A stretch of DNA of 64,000 nucleotides from assembly GCF_000002075.1 (NCBI RefSeq), contig NW_004797961.1:107017-171016 (forward strand), given 5' to 3'. A program made the position numbers and the translations under genes. The notes beneath the pieces are model-generated. The model saw only the letters and a list, made by a program, of their open reading frames with translations, was not told the DNA's origin and searched no databases. The DNA is from Aplysia californica (Eukaryota). This document shows, piece by piece, positions 38,801 to 51,563 of the stretch. Each line of letters starts with the position of its first letter. Positions within the stretch are counted from its first letter, which is position 1.

Positions 38801-41800
38801 CTCGCAACTGCATAAGGTCATATGAGAAATTCAAGGGGAAAGTGTTCATTTATTAAGGTGAATTTATGGCTTACAGCAACACCCCCCCCCCCGGGTTGCT
38901 GACAAAATGTGATACAAATTTTACATTATATGGCAGTTATGCCTACAGCTGGCCCATTTTGTAAAATAGGACCCTGCGTTGTAGCTGACCACACAGGGAG
39001 TGGAGACACAGGATCTGCATCGTAGCTTCCGCAAGTTCTGAACGGAGAGCTTGTTTTTTTATAGTTTAAGTAAAGGTTTTACAGTGCTCGCAATAGCATA
39101 AGAGCGCCAGAAGATTACAGGTGTTATAAGAGAGTAACAAACAGAAAAAAGAAGAAGGGGGAGATAAAGACGACAGATGTTTCACAGGAAAAAAGAAGAA
39201 GGGGGAGATAAAGACGACAGATGTTTCACAGGAAAAAAGAAGCAAACCACACCAGAGCACCCACCAACCACCCACTAAACAGAGAGTTGTGGTGGAGCTT
39301 CAGCCAAAGATCATTCACGTGGGGCCATCACTTAATTAGGGCCCGTCGACAAAACTCACGGTTTTATGAACGTAGCAGCCAGTTGACACAAGAGTACTCA
39401 CTTGCTGTTTTTCCGTTTCCCTCTGCTCCCGAGTTTCATTCATTTTGGCCAGTTTGCTCTTGAGTTCTCTCTGCCTGTTCACCACACTGTCATACTCTCC
39501 TCTTGATCGCTCCTGAAAATGAATACAAACAATTTAGTTCAGATTTAGTAGACGTTTTACGGCGCTCGCAACTGCACAAGGTCATACGAGTGCCAGAAGA
39601 TTAGAGGTGTTACAAGAGAGTAACAAACATAAAAAAGAAGAAGGGGAGATAAAGACAATAAATGTTTGACAGGAAAGAAGGAGCAAACCACACCTGAGCA
39701 CCTGACAACCACCCACAGACAATTTATACCATATACTCATACTCAAGAGGATTTTGTACACAGAGTTTTAATTTTAGTACAGGTTTTACGGCGCTCGCAA
39801 CTGCATAAGGTCATATGAGCGCCAGAAGATTAGAGGAGTTACAATAGAGTAACAAACATAAAAAAGAATTAGGGGAGATAAGGACGATAGATGTTTGATA
39901 GGAAAGAAGAAGCAAACCACACCAGAGCACCCGCCAACCACCCACTCAAAAGAGTCTGTCAAAAAAGTTTAGGATTTTTAATGTGGGTGTTTTCACTCCC
40001 CCATCTACAAAATTTATATAAATAAGGAGACGAGTTTCCGACACTTGTCTATCAGAGCCAACCCAGGCAGAAACAGATACACCCCAGCAGAAAGATATGT
40101 GATGATAAAAATGTTTCCCACAATGTAACAGTGAAACACCTAACTGTTACATCACAGACATCAGTTATCTGTCAGGTATAACTAATCATTTAAAATCAAA
40201 CAAGAGGGTAGAGAGAAGTCTGTCAATAATCACGTCACATCATGTGAAAAAACATCAGCTCATCACTTAGATATTACCCTAATTGGAAGCACATTCTAAA
40301 AGTATGTTGAGACGAACTTTTACAACAAAATGCAACACACATTCTGAATTTGTAACACTTTCACAAATTTCTACATATGGTCAAAATTATCTAAGATAGC
40401 CACACATTGTCAAGGAGAAAAACGGTTGCTTGACAAGTGGACATCTAGAACAGTGTAATTACAAGATTATTTTTTTAACTCAAAGGAGGAAGTGGGCATT
40501 GGTATAGGTGATTGTCTTGGACAGATGGCCTTAGAGTTGGTTCGATATTATAGACTGAAATGTCACGATGCTCCCTGTAAAACACATTGAAAGAAAACTT
40601 GGTGAATCGGTGAAGAAAAGAATGACAGTAAATTACACGTAATGTTAAAACAGAAAAAGAAAGCATGAAATTCCTTACTATATTCTGTTTCTCCTCATCT
40701 GCAAATGCCCTTCTGATCTCAGAGTGACGAGAAAAGTTGATGAAGGCACTTAAAATCCTTGAAGACCGCTGTGCAGCTGAAAATAGAAAAACAGTAAGTG
40801 AGCTGATAAAAGGACAATTATGCATTAAAAATAGTTCTTTTAAAAAGCAAAACCCATGAACAAAGTAATATTACAGGAATGCTCCCCAAACTATAAATAG
40901 CTAGATGAACTTGATCATTTCAAGAATTCTGACTTGATGGAATTGAGAGGTTTGAAGCAAAATGTTCAGCACAGTAGTTGTCAGTACAATAAGTGGGTTT
41001 AAAAAAAAAAACGTCACTCAACAAGCCAATTCTCACAAGTTAGAAGTGTTCTCCATCTAAAAAACTGACAATAACAAGTCCAGCTCCAGCTATTGTCCAG
41101 TGTTCAAGAGAGAAACGCAACCTCAGTGCTTTCTTGTCGTATCACCCTTTTTTTTTTAAATATTGAAATTGTGACTTCTTCTTAAACTCACTCTTTGTTA
41201 CAAATTGTTTTCACTGTTTAAAAAAATGGAGGTACAACAAGAAAGCACTGAGTTCGCGAAACAAGTAACTGAAACTTTATAAATCTGATGCACTGCCTGT
41301 TGGATAATCTTAGTCTTCAAAGGGGCACCAAACCAAATTTCGCACAAACAATACTTACTGGGCGCTATGACATCTTCCACAGAAAAACTTTCAAAACCAC
41401 AGCTGCACAAAACCCTCTGCCTGTGAAGTTGAAAGAAAATGGACAAATTGACTGAAATGTTCATGATAGTGCAAACACAAACAGTGCTGGAGGTAGATTA
41501 CAGCAAGTCAGTTTTAATCTTAGTTTAAATTTTCATTTTATGGCACTTGCAACACAATTAGATACAAAAGAAGTTTTTTACCATCTAGTATAAGGCTACT
41601 GTCAGAATACATCAATGTGTACTGCAATTTTGAACATATTCATTTATCCATATATATATATAACTCTAAAGGTCTTGTGATAAATTCATGCACATGGTCG
41701 AATGATGCATCATCTAATGTGATATGTACATTATTGTCTGATGTCAGCTTTACTTTTATTTTCATATTGAATTTTAATGAGAGTAATACATAATTTAATT

Positions 41801-43823
41801 TCTATGTATACCTGCATGTGTGTTTTTAGTCATATACAGCCAATAAAAAAATGTCCCTCTGGGACAATAAAGTATTACCTTATCTTATAAGTGCCAAGTG
41901 CTAGATGTGGGACTAGCGAGTAAAATATAAAGAGAAGGAGGAGCAGAGATATAAGGATAACAGATTATTGGAAAGAACCCTGTAGAAAGCCATTCGGAAC
42001 CAGAACACCCACCAACCACATCATGTCAGTTTGACAATGACCACTGAAAAGACTTAGCAGACCACATCATAGTTCCCAGCTACAAGCAGCTTATCCAGAC
42101 TCCATCATTTTAGTAAAAAATAAAGATTAAAATGTAGACTATTGTTCAAGAATGTTAAACTGAATAGATACTTTCAAGAGAACTGGGTCAAAGATTGAGT
42201 AGATAAAAAACCAATGATTGACATAAACTGTTTCAACTTTTACTTGTGCGACTCCCAATATTCAACAAAAATTAACCGCATTAAGTGGCTTCTAAAACCT
42301 AAAATTAAAATAGCATAATTTTAGAAAATGAATTCACACAAACTTCTGAATTACTGTACCCTGAAGCATAGCGACATACTATGAAAAATAGGTAGATCCA
42401 TTTTTAAAGACATAAATTGTCTCTTCAACGGAATGTTGCATAAATTATAGTACCTTCAAGAAAAAAATATAACTTTTCCCAAAAAATTAATAGAATCCAG
42501 AAACATGATTTAATTAATCATAAGTCACAAAGGTGCTTGAATTATACTGACATGCAGAGCGTAAAAGCCATCTGTGCAAACCCTTCTTCGTATAGCTCAG
42601 GGTGGGTAGTTCGCATCGGAAGAGTGCGGCACAAGGACTGAAGAAGAGGAAAAAATTGGAAGAATTTCAAAAGTAAACACCAGAAAATATCCTGTATCGA
42701 TCATTACAACTGACACGTTACACTTCACTGCTTGTCAAAGACAAAAATAAGAAAGTGCTAACTTAAGACAAAAAGACTTTCACTTTTTTGCATTTACTTT
42801 AGTTTGAATAAATAAATACACCCATTCATACTGTTTTCTTTATCATCAACAAAGTCATTTTTGATTAAATATTATGTTGTAGTTTGTTAAATTTTAAAGT
42901 ATCACATCATAATATAACCCAAAGTCAAAGCAGTCTCTTGATGAAAATGTCCACCAAAAAAACAAACAAACAAAGAGCAGAATTAGAATGCTGGCCAAGC
43001 ATATAACATATATGCAGAAAATAAAGTCGAGATACCTGTGTTGCTTGCTCGATAGACCGCGAAGTCAGCCATTCAAATATTTGACCATAAATCTCTCTCC
43101 ATCTCCTCGGCTGTTCACAGTTGAAAGAAAAAAACAATATAAATATATGTCAGTTATGACCGTTACTCAAGATGCAGAGAAGAGAATAAATACTTGATCA
43201 TAATTCATAGTTTGAGTAAAAGAATCTGAATGTTTTCACTTTATTGAATATGGAGAAACAGGAAAAATCTAACCCTGACTAACGGTAGTAGGCGATTGCT
43301 GATCAGATCAGTTTGGGTTTTCTAAAGTAGAAAGGTATCAACAAATCATAAATGATATTTTCAAAACATGGTAATAAACAATATGCAAATGAAACCATAC
43401 AAAATAAACAAAAGGTTAATATTAGAAACTGAGAAACAGATGATGAAACATGTCATCTTATTTTTATGAGAGAAAAAAAAATTGCATGCTGAGGGCATAT
43501 TTGGTCATCTAACTTTCACAACTGGCTTATCAGACCATGAAGCCAACTGGTATTTAAAGAGTAAACTGAAGAGAAAATAAAACTCGTGGCACTGAGAAGT
43601 GACAACAAACAAATTAAATATAAATTAAGTACAGATTTGTATTGCATATCAAACTCCTGATAACTGACATTTTCTGCAAGACATGCAGATGTGTATTAGG
43701 TGATAAAACAAACAATTCCCTTACATCAGGTCTGCTCAAATCATTTTCATTCAGATTCACGTCAGATTCTCTGAAGGCAGCCAAAATCTCCGGGACTGGC
43801 AATAAGGGTGATTCGAAGTTCAT
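32872..43823 (-). CDS. NUF2: Kinetochore protein Nuf2 (NDC80 complex), 12 coding exons, 445 aa
   Basis: Exons 43823-43725, 43110-43036, 42637-42552, 41420-41359, 40776-40679, 39512-39402, 37781-37662, 36278-36099, 35790-35708, 35191-35000, 34157-33995, 32940-32872; phases consistent (1338 nt). Nuf2 CH-domain motifs CGFESFSVEDVIAP and RSSRILSAFINF; KIIHSPERYK matches the Nuf2 IVxSPE motif; long coiled coil. An extra exon in the 33265-33932 gap is not needed but cannot be excluded. Confidence 0.9.
33265..33932. other. Assembly gap (668 N) in the last NUF2 intron
   Basis: Run of N. Confidence 1.
35648..35719. repeat. 33-bp tandem duplication spanning the NUF2 exon 9 donor
   Basis: TTGTCTAAAAAGCAATTAAAGTTGTACTTTTCC x2 plus TTGTC. 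Confidence 0.92.
38398..38646 (-). mobile_element. MITE family E, inverted copy
   Basis: Reverse complement of 21172-21413 with both TIRs. Confidence 0.85.
39061..39945 (-). mobile_element. Cluster of three family A copies around NUF2 exon 6
   Basis: Copies ~39061-39275, 39537-39714 (TSD ACA(A/G)ACAATTTA) and ~39765-39945. Confidence 0.85.
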
Positions 43824-44267
43824 GTTTCCTATGGAACGATAGAAAAGTATTAATCGTTCGTAAAACAGAATTTGTGTTCCAAACAAAATGAAGTAACACT
43901 TAAGAAAAATTAAACAGATTTATATCCATGTAACAAACGGACAATAAAAATTTATAAAATGTTTTTTTTTAAAGAAGAAAAAAACAATACTGTAACATAA
44001 AAGTCAATTGTAAAACACTCAGGTTCTGGCACAGGCGCATTATCAAAGATTTCTGTAAAACGATGATTGCAATTCAGAGAAGTGCAATAAAAGGAAATCA
44101 AATAGGCCAAGGTCTACACCTACACCTTCTCAGAACAGAGAAAATCTTTTACTATTCTCCCAGCCTTGCATAAAGTTGGTCCTGTGTTAACCCTGTCATA
44201 TAGTCACAGTGCTTTTATAGCAGAAAGCTTCATCAAATCTCAGTTTGATTTTGATAAGTGAAGCATA

Positions 44268-44775
44268 GTGGTGAATTCAGGCGCTCCTCAAAATAATGAA
44301 ATCGAAGATGCCGGCATTTTTCTGACCGTCTGGCAATTTTCGAATGTTCTTTTCTTTCTTTTTTTGGTCAACTCCTTTTATCTCCATTTAGAAACACATT
44401 TCTGTGTTGATTTTTTTAAAAATAATCTATTAACATTTGGTCACTTGGTGCAATAATGCGCTGGTGAAAATATCCGTTTCGGTCACCTGGTGCAGTTCTG
44501 CGCCAGGCCCGAGAAGCCCGCTGCAGTCGCTCTCCTGGCTGGGTGACCAGATGGGGTATTTTGTACTGCTGGCTGAGTGACTGGAAAGTGTTAAAGGCAC
44601 AAAAAATGTTAAGGACCCTCAAGCTTTGAAAGTCACCATATTTTGACAACCATATTCTCGCTATTTACCCCTTAAGCCAGGTGCCCCCCACCTCCTTTAA
44701 AAGCAAATCTCGACTGTCATTTTTTGTTCAAAAGAGTGACAAATGAATAAAAGCTTTAATCTAAGATGACACCAA
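44268..44775 (+). mobile_element. MITE family F, diverged copy with internal insertion
   Basis: Left end GTGGTGAATTCAGGCGCTCCTCAAAATAATGAAAT matches the 12081 copy; right end degenerate. Confidence 0.55.
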
Positions 44776-45015
44776 TAACTCCCATCCAAAAAAGTGACAC
44801 ATATTGCATGGTTTGGTGTATGTTTAAAAGCAGTCAGGTTTTCTGGGTTGTTTTTTTTAACTCATGCACCCATCTCATGCATACGATTGATATAGTTTTC
44901 TAAAGTATTTTGTATGCTGAACACGAAATGGCCTTCATTTTGGCAATTAGGATTGATATTTACTTGAAAACAATTGATTTGCAAGGGTTTTAGTGTGCTC
45001 TAAAGCAAAAACTAA

Positions 45016-45240
45016 GGCGATTGTCAAGATTTCCGCGTTTAATTCCGATGTGCGCTTTTCAAAGCCTAAGGTATGTTTCGCTTTGGTGCATTTGGAGTTA
45101 TGGTTAGGGTTAGGAGGGTCAGGGTTAGGGTTAGGGTTGAAGAGTTAGGGTCAGGGTTAGGGTTAGGGACCAAAGCGAAACATACCTTAGGCTTTGAAAA
45201 GCGCATATCGGAATTAAACGCGGAAATCTTGACAATCGCC
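45016..45240. mobile_element. Foldback MITE with 72-bp TIRs and a (TTAGGG)n core
   Basis: 45016-45087 vs 45169-45240 are inverted with 1 mismatch; direct AAAACTAA flanks. Confidence 0.9.
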
Positions 45241-46298
45241 AAAACTAAGGAAGTTTATCCCTCAAATCAATGCATCTGTAATCTGTGCGTGGGTGAATAA
45301 AAGGAAAATTTTTCAGGTTTTCTTTCATGGAGTAGCAAAAACTACTAGATCTAGATCTAGATATCTAGATCTACCATATCGGCACAATTTTTAAAAATCC
45401 TCTAAAATCAAAAGTATTTGATTTTGAGCAGGTTTAGAATCTAAAATATATGATAAGTTTGATGAAAGCAGCAGCAGCCAATCAGGAGGCTAAGTCTGTG
45501 CATTGATTATTTGTGTGTGTGACTGTGTATGTGTGTGTGTGTTGTAAGGGAGGGGGGGGTGCAACTGCTTAAATAAAATTATGCTTCTATTCCTCATTGG
45601 AGAACTGTTGCTGGTAGTGGTCAGCAGAATCTGCAGGAGTGAGAAAAAGAGCAAAGAGGTAACAGCAGCGCCAGCACAGTAGTTATTCTGGTTACTGAAA
45701 GTTACTGGTTGTAGTCCTTAGTCTGTGTCTACTTGATGTTTAGAGACAGCAATGTCAGTCAGAAGATCAGACCTGAGGAGAAGATGCATGAAGAATCACA
45801 GTCACACCACTCAGGGCCAGTAGACTGCAAAAAATACAATAATTCTAAAGTAAAGTGAAGCCAATGATAGATGGGGGTAGGGCAGGGGGCTGAGGCAGCC
45901 CTGAGGCTACTAGATCTATACTAGGGGTAAAAGGTCATCAGTCAGGACACAAACAAGAGTTCAAAGGATCCCAGATCAGGGCTCACCCAGAACAGATACA
46001 TTGTGAACGAGCATCTAAATGGACAATTAAGAAGTGCTCCCGAGTTATTGTGCGGGTGTTAATAGTAATTATAATGTGTGTAGCCTAACCAAAAACTGAC
46101 GTCACTCACTCTCACTGAACTGGAACGGGTCGCCAGGGCTTGGCACACTCAAGTCACACTGTGTGTGACACTATTTACACACTCTATTATAATTTTCAAA
46201 TAGGTTATCTGCAGATTTTGCAAGTGTCTTGAACAACACATGACGATGACATATTTGCTACTGCGTCCCCTCTGAAAAAATTCAAGCATAATTCTCAC

Positions 46299-46657
46299 CT
46301 TTGAACAGGACAGTGTTGAAAGAACGTCAAATCTAAAGTAAACAAATCATGTTTACAAACAAGCCTCTGTCCAGTGTGTTTGTGTCAACTTCCGTTTGAA
46401 AGTGGCGCTATCCGGAAGTACACATCTCGGCGTCATAGAATTAAAAATTCTGTTGGCACTTTTTCCACGGTTTTAATAAATACTTTTGTCTCACTTCATA
46501 AAGAGTGTAACTTCCCCAAAAATTTCATTTTATGAAAAAAATATTAAAAATTATTCTACTTATTTCTAAGACAGTTGACGAATAACAAAGAGTTAGACGG
46601 GATATTTGTTTCGACTCCATTACCCACATCCTTGGGCACTTTTTATAATGTGGAAAC
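46299..46657. promoter_or_regulatory. Bidirectional promoter NUF2/ELP6, including a probable non-coding NUF2 exon 1
   Basis: Minus-strand donor AG|GTGAG at 46299/46298 pairs with the acceptor at 43829-43830, 5 nt before the NUF2 ATG. Opposed ETS cores ACTTCCG 46388-46394 and CCGGAAGT 46412-46419; TTTGAA at 46395-46400. Confidence 0.65.
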
Positions 46658-49600
46658 ATGCTGGCCCAGATTTGTCAGTTTCTTGCTGTTGACTCAAGCT
46701 ATTTTCCTCAAAATGAGCATATAATCATTGGTGATAGGTCTAATGAAGGTTGCTTCTTGGTACATTATTTCCTTAACTTGTGTGAGAAACAAAACAGACC
46801 AGTGTGCGTGATCGGATTATCTCAATCTTTCCATCATTACAACACGGTTGCCCACAAGCTTGGGACCAACCTACTTTCAGCTTGCGATGAGAACAAAAAC
46901 CTTCATTTTATTGAAGGCCTAAAATTACTTGGTGGTTGTTTTGACGTTGTTTCGACTGATTCTGATATCTCCAAACCATTTCTAGAGTTTGTTAATGGTA
47001 TTAGCACCCCACTTTTGCAATATATCCAATCGTCAGTTGATAAGTTAACCCAAATTGAGTGCCCTGTGGATAATGTCCATGGTCCTGTAGTAATTGTTGA
47101 TGATTTATCTGTGCTTTTGACTGCTGGAGCCTCAGCTAAGGACATAATACTGCTCCTGAATGGGCTACGCCGCATAGTTTCATCTCAGAAAGTGAAGGGC
47201 TCGTTAATTACATTCTCAAGTCTTGAAAAAGAGGATGAGGAAATCGAGGAAGTCTGGGCATACATGTCACACATCAGTACTCTGAAAATTGAAGTTTCAG
47301 CTTTGAGCTCAGGTTTCTGCAAAGACGTACATGGTCAGGTGAGTTTATTGTGGGTGGGTTGATTGATAGGCCTACTATCCATTTTCCCAATGTTGGATAT
47401 GTTGACTAGATAGGTCGTTTGGTTCTTAATTCATAATTATAAAGTGTAGTGGCAGCCTGGTGGTGGATTTTCTTGGTTTGGGCAGCTAAAATTGAGGTCT
47501 GCTAACCAAGTAAGATTACTGGGTTGGTTTTGAGCTTGTCTATAATCTATCATGTATGTCTATGATTGAGAATTAGAAAAGTTTGACCATTGATTGCGTA
47601 TAATGTGCTCTTTTGATCCAACAGCATAAAGCCTTTATGTATGCAGATGTTTTCCTGTTTCAAAGTTTGGTCGTCGTGAAATGAAACATTTTGGACCAGC
47701 CAGGTATTGTTGTTTGCAGGACCAGTGTCACAGTGTGGGCCTCCTGTCCAATCCAGTGTCCATTCCTATTGAGATGCTGTGATCTTTCACAGTGGTTATA
47801 CTGTGGGGTAAAAATAGGCCTGCTTATCGACATGGCCACCTCTATTCTCACCCGGGGTGAGAATAGTGCAGGCGAGTCTTTTGGCTATTCTCACCCGGTG
47901 CGCGTTCACCGTTATAGCCTAGATCTATTCTAGGCCAACAAATTTTGCGTTCACCCTAAACCACAGAATTCTACACTGTGATAACACAAAAATTGTAGAA
48001 TTCTGTGCTGTGAACAAACGTTCCATTACAACTGTACTTGTAGCCTACTAAAAGCGTACAATTTTGTCTGTGGGCAGTGGAGAGAGTGAGAGAGAGAAAG
48101 AGAGAACAAAACAAAATGGCGACCCGCGTAGTTCGGCTCGATTCGAAAAGTTAAATAGCCGTAGCATCTTTGTAGACAACCAAATTAATTTACTTTTGTG
48201 TTTTAACATCATTTTTTAACTTTGTTTTGGTCAATTTGATCGTCCACACCGATAGACAGTATTCAGACAGAGAGAGAGAAGAGGGGAGGAGTAGATCTTG
48301 CGAGAACTTCCGGGCGGGTGAGAATAGCCACTTTCATGAGGTTTCTATCGACATCGTTGTCACGACACTGTTGGCCTCATTTTGCATTTCTGACCACACA
48401 GCAATTCTTGTCTCTTTTTGAGTCATGTTTTTGAATTCCAGTCATTTCGTCACACCGGTGCAGTCAAGACATCACAGTCATCTCGTCACACCACAAATCC
48501 ACAAGGTTGGATGGAGACAATCATTTCGTAACACAATTGCGAACATCAAACGCGCATTGTCATGTCAATCGCAAATCACGATTTTTGGGGAGGGTTGGGG
48601 GGCTGTGTGTGGAAGGACGGGTGGGGGGCTGTGCGAGTCGTTGTGCCTACCTAATTAGCTACACGGTTCATTAATATGTAGGTTTATTGACAATATCGAG
48701 TCAAATCAACAAAGATTTTAAGTATTATTGATGAAAGGTGTGATTGCCAAGATCATAATATTAGTTCTGTTAAAAATAAATTAGCTATTTAAATGTATGG
48801 TACTGCAATTTTGCTAAAAGCTAGACCCTTACTTTCAAACAAAGCCTTACTTACTTTTTACCAGGCATTGTTTTTGCCTTATTTAAACTATTATTTAGCT
48901 ATGGAACAGTTTGGACGAAGATTTAATTTACATTAATAATTTATTTAACTTCCAAAAAAGCTTTAAGCTAATCCTTGAAAACTCTACTAGCATATATAAC
49001 AATTTTAGAGAGATAGCCTAAGGGAAGTCATTTCATCACACATATTATTTCGGGTGTGACGAAATGACTGGTTACCATGTTTTTCACTTGACTGCTGAAT
49101 GCTGTAATGGTGCTGAAGCATTAGTTTGTCACTTACACAGATGCGCTTAGGAAAGAAAAACGTTTATCTGCTAGTTAAAACTGTCTTGAAAAGAAAGCAA
49201 CACAATTTAGTTGTTTTTTTAAATAGTGGGGTCGAGCAGAAATAAGCACTGGTAATTTTTACGAATAACAGTTACAGAATAAATTATAAGCTCAATGTCT
49301 GGGGAATTGTATCCTAAAAATTATAAGAATCAGCCCTGTCTTTGTACAAAACATAGAGGGATATATTTCCGGTAACTAAATCATAACACTGGTTAGTCTA
49401 TATTCCTATTTGCTCTGTAGTGGCTGGATATTTTCACGAGACCTAGATTGCCATCTTTTTTAGTTTTAATCTGGATTCGTTTCTATGCCTTGAATCCTGA
49501 ATTCGGCATATGATTTTTTAATTACATTTCATTTGGTTTTAGGGCAAACTTTTACTTTGCTTAAAATTTGTTTGTTTTTAACATCTCATGTTTCAAGAAT

Positions 49601-51531
49601 TGTGTTCAATGATAAGACAAGGTCTGTTATATAATAAGGTCATTTGCTTAACCTATTTAGCTAGATTTTTCCATAACCCTGCCCTAATCAGGTCTGCATC
49701 TTGTGTGAATATGAACAGATCTCTCTCAAACAAGAGCCAGTGTTGAAGATTGGGTTAGTGACATGGCTGGGGGAGACAGCATTGTAATGGTGGCAGTTTG
49801 TCTGACTTCATGGAGAAAATTGTTCAGATCAGTATGGTGAATTGTAGACGATGACCAACTCAAAATGAAGGTTTACTTCATGTTGAAGTAATTGCTGAAA
49901 ATGTAAAACAAAAGAAAAAGGGGAAAAGATTTTCTTAAATCCAAGTCCATGCGAGCAGAGTTCCAGTTCTGTCATTGTTGTTCCATAAATGTATTGTGTG
50001 TGTTTTTCAAGCCCGTGTTTCTTTTTTTAAAGCTTGAAGTTCTTCTGTCTGTGTATGGCTTTAACTATTTACAATTTTACGTGTATCGTTTTTTTTTTAA
50101 AGATTGGAGTCGCTCAATCATTTCTTAATTTCACTCTGTGAATGTAAAACAATCATTTTTTTTAGCTCTTATTAAATTTCAGTCTCAGCGAGTAAGGTGA
50201 CTATTAAAATTTAAATGTTTTGCACATTTCATGGAGATTTTGTGCAGTGTCTAATTGGATACAAAGTGTGGGGTGTACTAAATGGGCAGATATTTCAGAA
50301 GCTCACTTTTTATAATTCATATTTTCATAATCTTTTTGTGTATGGTGTTATGTTAGTACTCTTTGAATAGTAAAGCACCTGAGTTCTATGGTGTTTCTAT
50401 AAAAGACGGTCACATTAAAGTAATGAACAGTTCAGAAGTATGAAAGGGTTTGAGCATGCCTTAGAATTAATGCAAAAGTTTTTATAGGCATGTTTATTTG
50501 GTCAAGATTTCGAAATATGAAATGAAATGGGATGCGCATACCTAAGTCCTTTATTTTTTTACTCAAGGGAAATTACAAGTGTTTTAAATTACATGGAAGT
50601 TAGTTCTGTAATTTCCGAGAATAACTGATTGAGGCTCCAGATTCTTCGAGCCTATTTCAAAAGACTAAGAATTCAGAGCATGAAAGAGGCCCATTTTCCT
50701 GTCACTTTAGACTATAATTTTTGTTCTAATTAAGATTCAGTAGTATCTTTTGTCTTGTTTGTGTTTCTCTCTTTAAAAGTCCGCTCCTGTAGTGTACCGT
50801 CTGCTCACGCAGGTTCATACACGTGTTTTAAGGGTTGGGTTGTTGTTTGGGTAGTCTTTACATACATTATTTTAGCTATCAGCATATTTAAGTTTAGCTG
50901 TTAATGTTTTAAAGTCCTCTAAGTGTTGCTAACAAGTAGTTTGGAAATTATATCATTTCACCTTATAAGTTTTTGGAAAAGTTTGAGAATGGGCAAACCA
51001 GGCAAATAAAGACTATTATAAATAAACCGTTATATTTTGAGAAAGTAGATTCATATAGAATAGGAAGTACTGTTCATTGTTGAAAGCATTGAAATGTTTG
51101 GGGATATTAAAAACAGGATGAACAAACCGAAAAAGTGACTCAAATTACAACCAGTAACATCGGTGGCAACACCACAGAACAAAATATTTGGCTGTCGATA
51201 CTAGGAGGGGTGATTTTTTAAGAGTCGCAATTGTACGTTTGTTCATGTGCCATCACTCAAGCTGTGGGAGGGAAATAATTTATTCAGATGCCCAGACTAT
51301 ATTCTTAAACTTTCTTGATTTGAAGATGGTAGGACTGTTCCGGGGGGGGGGGTTGGTTTTAAGAAATCTTTTATAGGTAGTAGTGTGAGGGTTTTTTTCA
51401 CCCTGTTTCTTTATAATCTGAGTCGTCACTTGTGTCTTATAAATGACAATTAACCAGGGCTCAGCTTTTGGGGTGTAATTACTGGTTTGTGTTCGGATTC
51501 AGTTGAAACAGTTGCCCTATCGAGCAAACAC

Positions 51532-51563
<32 letters not shown>

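Noticed and set aside
5616-39275. Recurrent short ORFs reading WCGLLLLSY / [21 protein letters not shown]
   Set aside because: Translations of retroposon family A; the frames are not preserved between copies.
45100-45168. True telomere or chromosome fusion site
   Set aside because: Short degenerate array enclosed by TIRs and a TSD, so it is part of a mobile element.
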